Part shown: one piece after another, positions 39,901-53,057 of the stretch
How positions within the stretch are numbered: the first letter of the stretch is position 1
Layout: each line of letters begins with the position of its first letter
From: Styela clava
Lineage: Eukaryota
Direction: 5' to 3'
DNA: 64,000 nt
Assembly: GCF_964204865.1 (NCBI RefSeq)
Contig: NC_135263.1
Location: 11,284,001 to 11,348,000 of the forward strand
The notes under the pieces: generated by a model
What the model was told of the DNA's origin: nothing
Database searches by the model: none
What the model saw: the letters and a program-made list of their open reading frames with translations, nothing else
Program-made: the position numbers and the translations under genes

Positions 39901-42900
39901 CATATCAATAATTTCCTCCATGGGGTATCGAGTGCTGCTACATTCAACTGTGGCTCCAAAACAGAAGCATTTTGTGCATCCGAGAGGATTTTGTTCATTC
40001 AGATAGAAAGTACCCTGTGAACAGAAAAGTGATATTATTAATATTAACAATTCAATCATTAATATTTAGATGTGACAGGCTAAAATAACCCACCATTTTA
40101 CATCTATCACATTGTTGTCCTTCTACATTTTCTTTGCATAAACATTGTCCACTGGCTGGATCGCATGTTTCCGAGATGCTTCCACGTGTATCACAAACGC
40201 AAGGGCTACAATCAGGGAATCCAAAAAATCCTGCTTTACATTTGTCACATCTTAGTCCTTCAACATTTTCTCTGCATCTGCATTGACCATCATCCTTGCT
40301 ACATCCAAGGTCAGTTGCATTTTCTACCCCTTGAGAATGGCAATCGCATGCAACACATCCAGCAAGAGGATGGAAGGAATGTGTAAAAGGAAGGCATTGA
40401 TCACAAGATGGGGAAACAGTGTTGGGTGGACAGATGCAGTTTCCATTGATCTAAAGTAAATAGTACAGAAGTTTTAGAAAATATAATATTATGCAATATT
40501 TACAACAATTGGAAAGCAAATTTTACGATTTAAAAATGTATACATGATGTTCTAAGACCACATTTTCAATCTATATTTACACTACAGTTATTGAATCTTA
40601 CCTCATCACATAATGCACCATCACAATCGCACGGTTTGCAATCTGGGAATCCATAGAATCCTATCATACACCTGTCACATTTTCTTCCAATCACATTTGG
40701 CTTGCAAGGGCATTGACCACCATAGTCCTGAAATAGTAATGATAACTTGGTAAAAATACTGCTTGTTTTCCGGCTGTATTGATTCAGAGAAAATTACAAT
40801 TATTCACACTTACCTCACAATCTACATCTCCACCGCCAACTGTGCCAGCACCAGAGCAATCACATGGTAAAGCTCCATCATTGAAGTCCATAGTTAATGA
40901 GAACACTGCCTTGCGACAAAAGTCTGTTGGAGTTGTCGCAGAGTCAATCAATCCTTCAGTTCCCACTCCATAACATTCATCAAAGAATTTTCTTGAATGA
41001 TCAACTGGTTTTAAGTCAAGTTGATCAGCGTTATAAGATTCCTCTGGTATGGCAAGAATGTAATCCAACCAGAAAGCTTTATCTGTAAATTGAAATAGGA
41101 ATTTTGAAATTAAGATTTAGTAGTTATGACATTAATCTCAATGTTATTTATGGAAAAGTTCCATAATTTTTTCTATAGAATTTACTCTGTATTTAATTTA
41201 AAATTTCTTCTTCAGAGAAATCTTGATAGGCAAATGTTTTTTTCCTAGTCGTTTACCTGCTGGCACTTTAATTGTCATTGTTTGTGGTCGGTTGGTGATA
41301 TCAATAACCACAGCTCCATTGTTAGATATAACAACGCCTCTGCATCCATCTCCGCTTGGACAAAAGGTAACATTTGCAGTTCCTTCATGTGTAAGACCGC
41401 CATCAGAGATGATAATATTAGGTGAGAATGATACATGGTTGGGGTTGAAATAGTGAAGTAAAAATACATATCTGAAACAAGAAAATAATTAGATTGCTAG
41501 GTTAAAATGGTTTTGAGCTGAATGTATTGGTAATTAACTGAATACAGTTCTTTATATAATGTAAATAAATTCAATCATATCATATTTTGTATTGCCAATA
41601 TTTCATATTCAATGATATAATACTTTGAAATAACTTACCGGCCAGGATCAAGATCCATGTCAATCTCTATAGTGTTGTCTTCACCACCAACTAAGACAGT
41701 ATCAACTTCCCCAGTAGTTTCAGTAGGAGGAACAGAATCACCACCTCCTACTTCAATCTTGTGTCCAGTAGCAGAAGTTGGATAAGCCCAAGCAGTGCAT
41801 CTGTAAATATATCATTAAAACCAATTATAATTTGTGAGAAAATTTTCAGTTTTCCAATTTCTATTGAAGAAATTTTTTTCAAATTTATCATATAACAAAC
41901 TACAAATACATACTCATCAAATTCGGGTCCTTCTTTAGTGATGCACTTTCTTTTAGGTTCCACATATTCCATTGTCCATTTTTCATATGGAATTGCATGA
42001 ACACGACTCACATAAACAACATCACCAGCACCAACGCTCAGGTCCACTTGGATATTTGGGACAGAAATATCAAAGACCTAAAAAAGAAATGAAGACAATA
42101 AAGCATTGTACAGTGGTAAATATTCATTTTTAAAGGCTATACATACCATGACATCACTCAAAGGTGTGAGTGCAACTTGCCGACAAAGGAAAAGATACTC
42201 GCACGAGTAGATATTGAATTTCACATCAGAAAATGTGTTTCCTGCTAAATCTGTAACTGTGGCATCGACAGTTTTCATTCTGTCTCCAGTACTTGCATAT
42301 TCAAGAACAAGGACGTATTTTCCTGCGCTGTCTACATCATTCAAAGTCATGGACACTGTATGGTGATTATCACCTTTTTTGTTTCCATCAAGTAAAACCA
42401 TAGTTGGGTGTGCAGTTGTAGGAGAATCATGTCTAGAAAAATATATAAAAATCTTAAGTAACAGTATAATCTAACTCAATATTGTTGAATATAATTCTCT
42501 TAAACAATGACAACAGAATACCAGCAAATGTCAAATATACCGTAAATGAAACTATACAAATACGAACAACAACAATGACATATTGAATCTTGCATCAACA
42601 AGAAAACATTATATCATTCTATATATAAAATAATACATATAATATAATATAGAAATATGCACATCCATATTTTTGTATTTTACTTACTGTGCTTGCTCAG
42701 CGAAGGCCATGGCTGCAGCCTGAGGAGTTCCAGTGAGTGGTATGTGTGTGTACATGAGACAATCTTTTCCTGTTTGAGTTAGTGTTGGCTCACAAGGTTC
42801 TGTGATTTTAGCTTGAAGAATTCCCGGTTCATAGTATTCAGATGGCAGAAGAACAATGTAGTCAATGAGAAGTCCTGAAAAAATATAATGATATGGTTAA

Positions 42901-45900
42901 CAAAGCAAAACGAAATCCAAAAATTTATTACCAAGGATGTCATATAAAATAGGTAATTGTACACATGAATTATACTACAAACTAGCGAAAAGAAAAATAT
43001 TAATAGAAAAAACATTCAGTATTTATAACCAATCTATAATAGGTTGAATTATCGAAATCAGAGACAAAAAATGATTGATAGCAAATCAGTCCAAGACATA
43101 ATTTAAATACCAACCTGGTTCGCCTTCAATAATGATGTTCCATTCTCCACGATTAAGAACAAATACGCTGTTAGCAGTCATCAAAGCTGGACTTTGACTT
43201 GGTTCAAAATCAACAATAAATTTTTGCTCCGAACCTAAATTAGTAAGAAGAATTATTCACAAATGTTCATTTGCTATGGGGTTGAACAAAAATAATCATG
43301 GAAAGCACTCCACAAAGTGACAACAACATAAACATGCATTTTGTGATGAAACACCATAATTAATATTGAAATAAAATGAATGTAATTCTTCAATCAACGA
43401 CACCTAGACTTCTATTTTATTTAAATTTGATTATCTATTACCGTATATGGTCTTACCATCAGCTGTTACCGGTGAAAGAGTGACATTTGCTGAAGTTGTG
43501 CCATCGGGTTGAACGTAATAAAAGAGCACTCTGTACAGACCATAACTCTCCACATTGACTGGTACAATGATTTTACGCTGTGCCAAATCAAACATATGAC
43601 AACATGCAGTTTATTGTAATCATGCATTTATCCTAATGTACTAATAATATTCCTAAACTTATCTTGGGTCTATGAATCTGGGATACTGTCTTCATTGGAT
43701 GATGTGCAATATTTGTGCATCAAATATAAAACAAAAGACATGCAGAGAAAATTCAACTTAATACCATGCAGTATTTATGTTGTGTTGGAGGTCAAAAATA
43801 TGATTACCATTTACCAATCCGAGATGTCCAGAGAATTCAGTTTAAATATAATTTGGTATCAATAATTTTTGAATAAGATATTTTCGAAAATTTATATAAT
43901 CAGAATCAATGTTATATAAACATGTTTCGAATTTTCAAATTTTTCATCATATTTCCAATTTGTGATTAAATAAAACAGCTATGCAAAGCTGTAATGTCAT
44001 AAAATCAAAGTTGTTAGTAATGTGCTCTCATGCAAAACAAAATAGTCAAAAGTGTGTGGATGGACAGACGCATTAAAATAAACATTTCCATTTGCCATGG
44101 TTCGTGCACTGGAAACTCACAATTGGGGCATAGAGGTTCTGCGTCACTGTCATCATCAGTAGAAGTTTTCGGAACAAAGGAAATAGTGGAAGAAAGAACC
44201 CATGAATGAGGGTTGACATAGTACATCAGTATTTTATACAAGCTGTTCTGTGTTATAGTCAGATCCAACACAGCTTTTGGCTGAGCAAGAAATAGAGAGA
44301 TTGGTAAAATCAAAAGCCAATATGATTATCTAAATAACATATTGTGAAAGAACATAAAACAAAAAAGTAGAACCATGTTTCATATAATATACATTGTACT
44401 TTCACTAAAATTAATGCTATGAGAAGGAATAAAAATTCAACTTATGAAATGAATTTCGATAAAGAATTCAGAAATTAATTTTAAACTTGTTTATATTATG
44501 TATACATATACACTGGTGTAATATGCATAGTAAAATATTTATATTGTCAGTACATTTAAAACTATAAATTGTTATTTCTCAGAAAAATAAACAAATTTTA
44601 CTTTGAACTAAAATACTAAATTTACCAAGAAATATCACAGTAGCATGCTTTAGAGAAGTTATGGTTAAAAAAAACTCTATGAAAAACTTTGAAAGGTAAA
44701 TAGGAAAAAAGAAATAGATTTGTGAATATATTTCCCAAACAGAACAGATAGATGTAAAACAATTTAATACACATTTAATTGCACATTTATGAGGATTTTT
44801 GGGGGGATATTCTACCTTTACTAGATGTATATCATTAAATAGAGTATTTGGTCACATACTATTTTAGCTTTATTATGATATAAAAACTAATGACTGTTAC
44901 CTTATTTACATACTTTCTTATTGTTATCGAAATAGCTTTTAGCTGTTTATACAAAAGCACATACCTGGACAAGAGAAAATTCTCCATAACCTTTCATACT
45001 GAAAGCTGGAAAATGTTCTCGATTGAAACCAAAACGCAAGATTTGGTCTTCAGTTGTTTTGCCATCTTCAACCTCAAATCTATGCTGAAGTAGAGTTGGG
45101 TAGTAGTAGCCTTCAGCAACACTGAAATCAGTAAATAAATTAAAATTAATATAGTGAGAGTAGAGAAATATACACAAGTGATAACCTTTTATAAAATAAT
45201 ACCAATTAGTATCGTACCTATCACATTTTCTGCCTGTTACTCCTTCTTTACAACGACATTGCCCATCTACTGTGTCACAATCCTCTGTCATTGCACCACC
45301 AGCATCACACTGACATCCAGTACAACCAAAGTAATGGCTTTCCTCAAGTCCAAAAAATCCATCATCGCACTGAGAGCATCTTTGAGTGCATGTATAGGGT
45401 TTGCACCAGCAATCACCAAACTGAAACAAAAAAGATTTAATAAGTCCCATATTTTATGAGGTAAATGGCTATGCTATGCAGCTCCCTGTATGATAAAAAG
45501 TGGGCCTAAGACTGATCTCCATATTTGGTAACTTAATTAACGATGGCTCGTTAGCAGATATTCATTAGATTCACTTGTCATGGTCTATCATTGGTTAAAT
45601 TTTAGCAAACAATAAACAACTTACCTCTGTATCGCAGGCAGCAACACCATCGAGTGTTCCCTGGAGAAAGCAATTACAATCAACACATCCGAGTGTTAAG
45701 TTATAATGCAGGGGACTGCATTCATTACAATACTTTCCAACAACATTCTCTTTGCAGTCGCATTGGCCCTTAATTCAAAATAAGTGATTCAAATAACAGT
45801 TATCAAAATGTAACCTTAATTCCAACCACAATGTAAATATCACTTACGGTGGTGAAAGCAAGACAGACGCCTGGTACAACAGACTTGATCCCTCTTGGAT

Positions 45901-48900
45901 CACATTTACAGTCTTCACATCGAGGGAAGTTGAAGTAATCGGGTGCACATTGGTCACAACGACGTCCACCAATATATCGGAAGCAGGTACATTGGCCAGT
46001 CACCACATCACAAGTCGTTCGTTGAGAACCTTGTACGTCACAGTCACATGGGATGCAGTTCGGATAGCTATTGATAAAATATGACATCAATCATTAAAGT
46101 TAGTGGCGCTACATAAAGGCAAGCCCCTTGGGAAACGAATGAAATTCGAATCTCATTATTGAAGCTATGATGACCTTACCCCAGTAATACAGTTACCTGA
46201 CAATGGTACAAGTCTGGCTTATTGCTTATTTTCTGTTGGTAATTCATCATGTAAAATAGATGTGGTCGTACCACAAGATCACAAAAACTTCTAAATCGAA
46301 AAAAACTGATACTAGGTCTTACTTGTAATATTCTGGCGCACATTGTTCACATTTAGGTCCTTGAAAGTTAGGTTTGCATTGGCATTTTCCACTCTCCTGA
46401 TCACACATGGTACTTGCACTTCCAGGGCTTGAGCATTCACATTCTTAAAAGAGAATAAAACCATGATAAATTTTCTTCGAATTGCTATATATAAAAATAG
46501 AACCATGAAATACAATACCTTTGCATTGTGGGAAGTCGTAATAACCAGGTAAACAGCGATTGCATGATTCTCCAGTCACCAACTCAGTACAGAAACACTT
46601 TCCAGTATCAGGATCACAAATCTAAAAATAATGGGACATACTTAATGTAATATTCGTAATATTCTGACATTTACCATTTTACGGAAGATAAACTATTACT
46701 ACTTACATCTGAGGTAGTAAAAGCTGTGTAGCAAGCACATGTTTGACAAAGCGGATATTTGTAGTACCCTGCTGCACACTGGTCACAATATAATCCCCCG
46801 AATCCCTCATCACAAGTACACTGTCCGCTGTATGGGTCGCAAATATCGCTAATTGCTCCTTGACCAAGACAAGTGCAGGCTAAAAACACAAAATTAGTAA
46901 GCAATCAAATAAAATCACGCAATTTGATAGAAGTTGAAAAAGACTGAGCAATAGGCAATACATATATAGTTTAGCAGAATACATTGTCTTGAGTCATTGT
47001 ACACAGTCTTGAACTGCAATGCACACAACTTTAAATGAATTTGATCGTCATGAGAAAGATAATTAATAAAACTACTTACGTGTACAATCTGGGAAGTTAT
47101 AAAATCCAGCGGCACATTCACTGCAATATTTTCCAGCAAAATTGTACTTGCATGGACAAATATCATTCTCTGGCAAGCAGATTCCATCTCTGGTACCATT
47201 GTAAAAGCAGGGACAGACTAGAAAGTAGATTGCATCAATTAAATTGAGACAAAAAAACAGGCATTCAAATTTTTGTGCAAGAAAATAAAACAAAAACGTG
47301 AATGTGAAACGAGTGGTGTATATCAAACATATCACTTAAATTAAAATATACTTTTTCAGGTATAAATTTCAATCACCTTCCATGTACATTTCATCTTGAA
47401 GACATGCTTTATATTAACTTCCAAATACCCATATCTCAGAACAACTGATTAGGATTTTATTCAACATAAAATAACTTTTAAAAATTTTCATTTCCAAAAC
47501 CTTCCCAATTCAAACTTAAATATACAAGTAATAAGTGCTAAAAGATTGAAATTTCTGTGATAAACCACACCATGTGAACGAAAGTTTTTTATATGTGAAG
47601 CAACACCAGTCACTCCACCATTTATATTTACCATTATCTCCGAATTCTATCAAGAGAGAAAATAAAAATGTAATAAATTATTCTACTAAATGTATATGTA
47701 TTACTAAATGCACAAACAATCAGATGACTTACGTTCGCATTCTGGGAACATGTGATATCCAGGTGCACATTTATCACATCTGTCTCCTGCGTACTTGGGC
47801 TTACAGTAGCATCGTCCAGTCACTGGTTCGCATGTACCAACAGTGAATGCGCTATCACAATCACAAGCTAAAAAGTAAAAACAAAATAATTAGAAAATGT
47901 GAATGTGTGCACTTTACCATGCATACAAGCACAAGTGACTTTGTGTACAGGCAGGTTGCGTGACATGAATTTGAAGTGTAGGTGCTTTATCCTTGCTGAA
48001 ATTTCCCAAAATGAAACTACTTTTAAGGATAATTTTGTGTTCATCACTGAGTAAACATATATAGTTATATAATAATATCCATATCTATGTTATGCATAAG
48101 GTAATTGTTTTTCCCTTATCTGTGTCACTATATGTTTGCCGCTATATCTGAATCTGAGGAGTATGAAGTAGTAACTAACAATAGATAGGTAAACCCTTCC
48201 TAATCGTGGAGTAAATATATATAATGATCGTCCAAGCCGATGGAATATGAATATGATTTGATCTCGTTTCGACCACTAATTCACATGCTGGTGGATGAGA
48301 CGGACAATCTTAGTTACCCCATGGAGGACTCATTGCTCCTGGTAAAGGTCGATCAAAATCGATATCAGGGTGAGGATAACCTTCACGATCAAACCACCAG
48401 TCGATAGTATGGCCCTCACCACGACCCGTTGACTCAGTCGGAAATCTGTCTACCTTTCCAGGCCCAGGCCTCCATGGTTCATTGGAATCAAAATCAGGGG
48501 AGAATGTAATGGTAGAGCCAAAGGAAGCAGATGGTGTTGAAGTAGTTGGATATATAGCAATGTCATCTCGGGATTTAGGTCCAAAGAAGAGTAGCCAATC
48601 AGGAAAAGCTAAATTGTTAAATGCCTTGAGAATGGAGAAATCTAGCAGTAATATCAAGCCCAAGTAACTTTGGTTTGATCAGAATACATGGTTGTTCGTA
48701 AAATTTCCGTATGTGTTTATTCAGGCCTTAAAATTGGTATTCATAATTCAAACACAATGGTATTTACATAGTTATAATATTTTATGTTTGCCCTATTACA
48801 TTGTTGACATTTCCAAATAAAAGTCCTGAGTTCAAATAAAAAATATATTAAGGTTGATTTAACATATATTCCGTTTAATATTATCTTACTTGAGCTGTGG

Positions 48901-51900
48901 TAGTAAAAGGGGGCGCGTCATTACCCCAAGCTATTGAAAACCTGTTGAAATGTGGGTGGGGTTTTTATATATATATATATCAAAAATGCACTCACGTCTG
49001 CATCCCTCAGGATGTCTTGGGTCAACATTAGCAGGTCTGTAGAAACCATCAGCACACTTCTCGCAGTTGATTCCAGCAGTGTTATGAAGGCAGTTTTTGC
49101 AGACACCACCTCCTTCGTAATTGCCATCCAAATCAAGAGATTGCCGTCTTATCGCGACTTGCTCGTCGAAATCGCATTCAGTGCTGTGGCCGTGGCAATT
49201 GCATCCTGAAATGTTTGATCGAGTGATTATTTCGAAATATATGACAAAAAAACAAAATTCATTTGAACCTATTATGAGAATTTTAAACACTTACGTTCGC
49301 ATTGATTTGCACTTTCTGGAACAGCAGCTTTCCATTCTTTCTGGACAAAACCGGGACAACAATACTCGCAGCTATCTCCACATGTGTTGTGTCGGCATTC
49401 GCATTTAAGCCTGGAAATCATGAAAAATATGTAGGCTATCAATAAGGCACTGTATCGGTAGTATAGATATGACTAAATCAACGAAACCTACTTGTATCTA
49501 TCATCGGGATCTGGCAAGCAAGTATCAGCGTGGCCATTGCAGACACATCTTCCACCAATGCTAATATCTTTGATACTGTAGAAATACTGCAAAGAAACAA
49601 ATAGACATTATAAATGTAAGTAATAGGTAGATTCACCCAGAATTGAAATTAATTAAATGAAAATCTACTCAAACCCACTCTTCTAGTCACAGTGGGATCT
49701 TGTCTCTGAACTGCCATCAAGTGTCCGAGAAGTGTTTTGGTGCGCAGAAGACGCAGTCTCACGTCAGTAGCCTTGCTCCATTCTTGAAGAACTGGGGAAT
49801 GCGAGAAATTTTTTGCGCCAGGACGCCGATTGATGATAGAAACAATTACCTGAATAATAATATTAATAACAACATGATAGGTTTTAGACTACTTCATAAG
49901 TATGTTTGGTTGGTGCTGGCTCAATGCCATTTGGTGGAACTCACCTCGCCGCGTTCCAATGGAACAACGTCGGAGTATTCTGATGTACACATGACGCTAT
50001 CATCGCTAGTAATTTCTTCAAAAGCATCGATACCAAACAGATTGTGGCAATCACTGTCACTGTTAGCAAAATACTGCCATGGTTGGAAAGTTTTTCCGTG
50101 ATCAGACGATCGTTCCAAAACCCAGGTACCGGCACGTGGAGAATTGGCGAACTTGATGATGGCATATGCGACGTGGAAAACCTAATAATAAATTTATAGA
50201 TAATCATGACTGAGCAATAAATAAAGGTTGACCAATACAAGGAAGTACATACCAGGCATTGTTTATTTCATTGCAACATAATGTTTGATTTCTAAAATAT
50301 TTGAATAGAGTCGATAGGACTAACGTAATTACCAATCGCAATCTACATCACATAAGCATGGTGGTCCTGGTATTAGACTGTGTAACATTTTCGTAAATAG
50401 AAGAGAACTAAAATCGATGCCCCACGCTTGGCCTAGTATAGGTGCCGTTGAAAATTTTCAATTAATCACATTGTTATGTTGAAAAGGATTCGACAGGGAG
50501 TATTGGATTGATAACGAAATAATTTCAAATAATGGTTTCGTAAAACGCTGCTTGTGTAAAGATCACATATCAAGCGAATCATTTTCGGGAAGCTCGTAAA
50601 ATTAATCTGTTTAAATCATTTAACACGCATAAAAGTGTTTTCACCTGCACAATTAATTACACATCAGACACAATTAGTAGATTGCAGTTACAACGATTTT
50701 ATTACACTGTGTTTTAATTGAAGGGTTATTGCGATAGATAATACTAGTTATTATGAGCACGCTAATTAAGTTGCAATATTCGTGAGTATAATTGAGGGGG
50801 TTAATTTTTTACCATTGAGCAATTTACATTTGTCAGAGGGTTAAAATGTATTTTGCCATTAAACAATTTACAATCAATACGGCTTTTGTTTCATGTATTT
50901 TTACCATTTGCCGGCTTTACGGCGTTTGTAGCTTAAATTGCCTTGAGGGCACAAATGATATCGAAGGAAAATCTTTAGAATTTTAAGCAAGCGCTATTTT
51001 ATAGATTTTCATTTTTAAGCGATTGGTGTTCAAAATGAACGTAAACTAAAATGAGAAAAATTACCCTCAAAGACCAGCGGGGCGTCGTCGGAAATTCAAG
51101 ATTTGAGCAAAGGTAAAACTATTCAAGCGAAATCGAGAGCGCTTGAGCTTTCTTATCGGTCTTGGAGGAAACCAAGTGCACGCTATGCTGAGCGCGTGAG
51201 CGACAGCAGCATTACGTTAACCTTCCGGTGACCAATTACGACATTCCGTAAAAGTTGAATATAAATCTTGGGACATGATCCGGCAAGTATGGCCAATGGG
51301 TACATTTGCCCTGCAAGTGACGATTTATCTACGCACCATGCACGGCAATTCGATATTTTATTTTCGCAAATATCAAATAATATAGATAAGAACATGAGGT
51401 ACGGGTTAAGGAATTTTTCTATATTCTTACTAGCATACGTCAAAAGTATGTCAACCGCGCCTACACATATTGCTCGTAATATCTGGAATGATTTGTAAGT
51501 AAATTTGGCGTGAAATTTACAAATTTCCCAATACATCTAAATAACAACTTTTCGTGTTGTCCTATGCTACTTATGCACGGTAGAATTTACACATAAGCAT
51601 TCGAGAACGCGCGAAAATTATACGATTGGCAAGTCCAGGAATTGTCGGAAACTTCAAAAATGTCAACATATTTTTAAACTTAATTTGTGAATTTATATAA
51701 TATTGTTTATTTTTGATAAAATCGTGTAAAAAAAATTGTTGACACTTTTGATTATTTTTTCAACAACGGTCAGCAATTAAGGCGATTTAATTGAGCGCAC
51801 GCAGCACCTCATTAACTAGAAAATCAAAAGATCGTCTGACAAGTATCCTATCGAGGAAACGACCGAGACAATTAAACAGTGGTGTTTCCTTCCCTCATAA

Positions 51901-53057
51901 ATATTCTACGTTCCGGGCCAAAATATCATGATCGGTTGGACTTGGCGAATGGTAAAACGAGCTTCAATAACGCGTTTCAACTATGTCCCATAGTAGATTG
52001 TAAATAATTATTGCTAGCTTTTTAAAACAAGGTATTAGAACTTTTTAAACAAGGTGAGCACGATTGTGGTCAGTCGGGACCCGAATTTAGGCGGGATTAA
52101 GCAGTTACATCAAAAGGCCAGACTACCATGGTCTTCCGCAAATAGTACTTGAAGCGAAATACAACAACCGCTTATTAGTATCAGCCAAAATCGATTTTCC
52201 AACAATTAAATAAAGATCATGATTGATGTATATATCTGAGCTGAGCACAATGAATAATATATCTTTTTGTTAGATATAATCAACATGAAACTTTGATACC
52301 AAATTCATAGATGGGAATAGCGAAAACACGATTTTCTTATCAACGTACCTGTCCAAGATGAATTGTGATGTTAATTTTGTTGTATTCACTTCCTTGTGAC
52401 AACGGAGGACTCTGCCACCATTTCTCAGTTCCATCGATTGCGTATTTGATGGGGTGAGATTTAGTGGGGTTTTGCATGTCGCATTCGTCACAGAACTGTC
52501 CCTGATATAGATTTCCATTGTATCCATATTCGTTTGGTCCGCCAGTTAGTTTGCAAAATACGTGGGGTTCGACTTCACCGCATGTCGCAGTCGATTCAAT
52601 TTTCTTTCCTGTAAATGGAAAATAAGCGTGAAGTTGGATATCAATGTTGAAATTGGACAGCAGAATGAACACAAAATAGCTTTCTTCAGATTCAATATCC
52701 AAACGAACATAAAAGCCATAAACGTAAAGGCAAATAGCATGACATATAGGTAAACAAAAATTGACATTTCTGAACATACATATACAGTACATTAATTCGT
52801 TAAGTTTCTTCCACTGAGGAAAAGCTTTGTATTTGTTCGGGAAAAGCAAAACAATACTGTATGTATAGGGAAAAGAGCGATTTATCCATTTGAGAAGTCG
52901 ACAACCCTTAGCCTTGTATCAAATTGTAAGTCATACCTGTAGCGATGTTAAAATATGGCGGAGTCAATACATTCGGTTCTTTTATCAATTGAGGCTGCCC
53001 GTAGCCCACGTCCAGATGTAGGGCGGTCAGTAGTAGGAGCACCGCCAATTTCAACAT
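27942..53057 (-). CDS. Laminin subunit alpha (alpha3/alpha5-like), gene A, secreted isoform with only LG1-LG2 (about 3172 aa, 57 coding exons)
   Basis: Phase-consistent GT-AG exons traced manually: 53057-52937 (signal peptide [20 protein letters not shown]), 52608-52349, 50181-49945, 49849-49679 (LN: [50 protein letters not shown]), 49586-49492, 49410-49295, 49205-48996, 47867-47733, 47217-47080, 46879-46707, 46621-46519, 46443-46323, 46067-45848, 45768-45625, 45420-45218 (11 LE), 45121-44965, 43577-43457, 43234-43115, 42874-42688, 42432-42147, 42077-41914, 41800-41639, 41471-41257, 41082-40814 (L4a), 40727-40602, 40450-40094, 40014-39872, 39799-39532, 39446-39347, 39253-39062 (LE, L4b), 38976-38816, 38710-38572, 38488-38318, 38223-38020, 37940-37764, 37385-37248 (LE), 37164-37013, 36904-36791, 36096-35998, 35472-35326, 34385-34244, 34080-33871, 33790-33603, 33345-33175, 33052-32909, 32814-32718, 32591-32427, 32156-31996 (coiled coil), 31843-31664, 31580-31438, 30274-30091, 29673-29540 (LG1), 29258-29063, 28969-28773, 28511-28419, 28335-28200 (LG2), 28103-27942 (tail ending PPDEVPK*). 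Lengths sum to 9519 nt, a multiple of 3. Domain order matches LAMA5/LAMA3B. Confidence 0.93.
31070..31226 (-). CDS. Alternative (mutually exclusive) LG1 exon, polybasic variant
   Basis: acaaag| ... |gtatgt, 157 nt, phase 2 to 0 like exon 30274-30091. Translates (R)[52 protein letters not shown], which aligns with (R)NGNDASLEV...[11 protein letters not shown]. Confidence 0.78.
34951..34989 (-). CDS. Candidate 39-nt microexon ([13 protein letters not shown]) in the gene A coiled coil
   Basis: ccccag|ATT...GAG|gttcgc, phase 0-0 like its neighbours. It is preceded on the minus strand by about 100 nt of pyrimidine-rich sequence containing TACTAAC. Confidence 0.45.
44121..44280 (-). CDS. Alternative (mutually exclusive) L4a exon
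   Basis: cttgctcag| ... |gtgagt, 160 nt, phase 0 to 1 like exon 43577-43457. [26 protein letters not shown]... is paralogous to [26 protein letters not shown]... Confidence 0.82.
48310..48608 (-). CDS. Extra exon after LE2 in gene A: cassette (48608-48318) or terminal (48608-48310)
   Basis: Acceptor aatttag|CTTTTCCT continues phase 1 from exon 49205-48996 into an open, GC-richer frame of about 99 codons ([16 protein letters not shown]...PPWGN*). A possible donor TGGG|gtaact at 48318 gives an in-frame 291-nt cassette. Confidence 0.65.

Noticed and set aside
44014-44120. Hydrophobic read-through tail ([21 protein letters not shown]) as another membrane isoform
   Set aside because: It lies after a perfect gtgagt donor. 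T-rich intron sequence often translates as hydrophobic.
51183-51536. 117-aa ORF in gene A intron 2
   Set aside because: No recognisable domain, convincing splice sites or coding-like composition.
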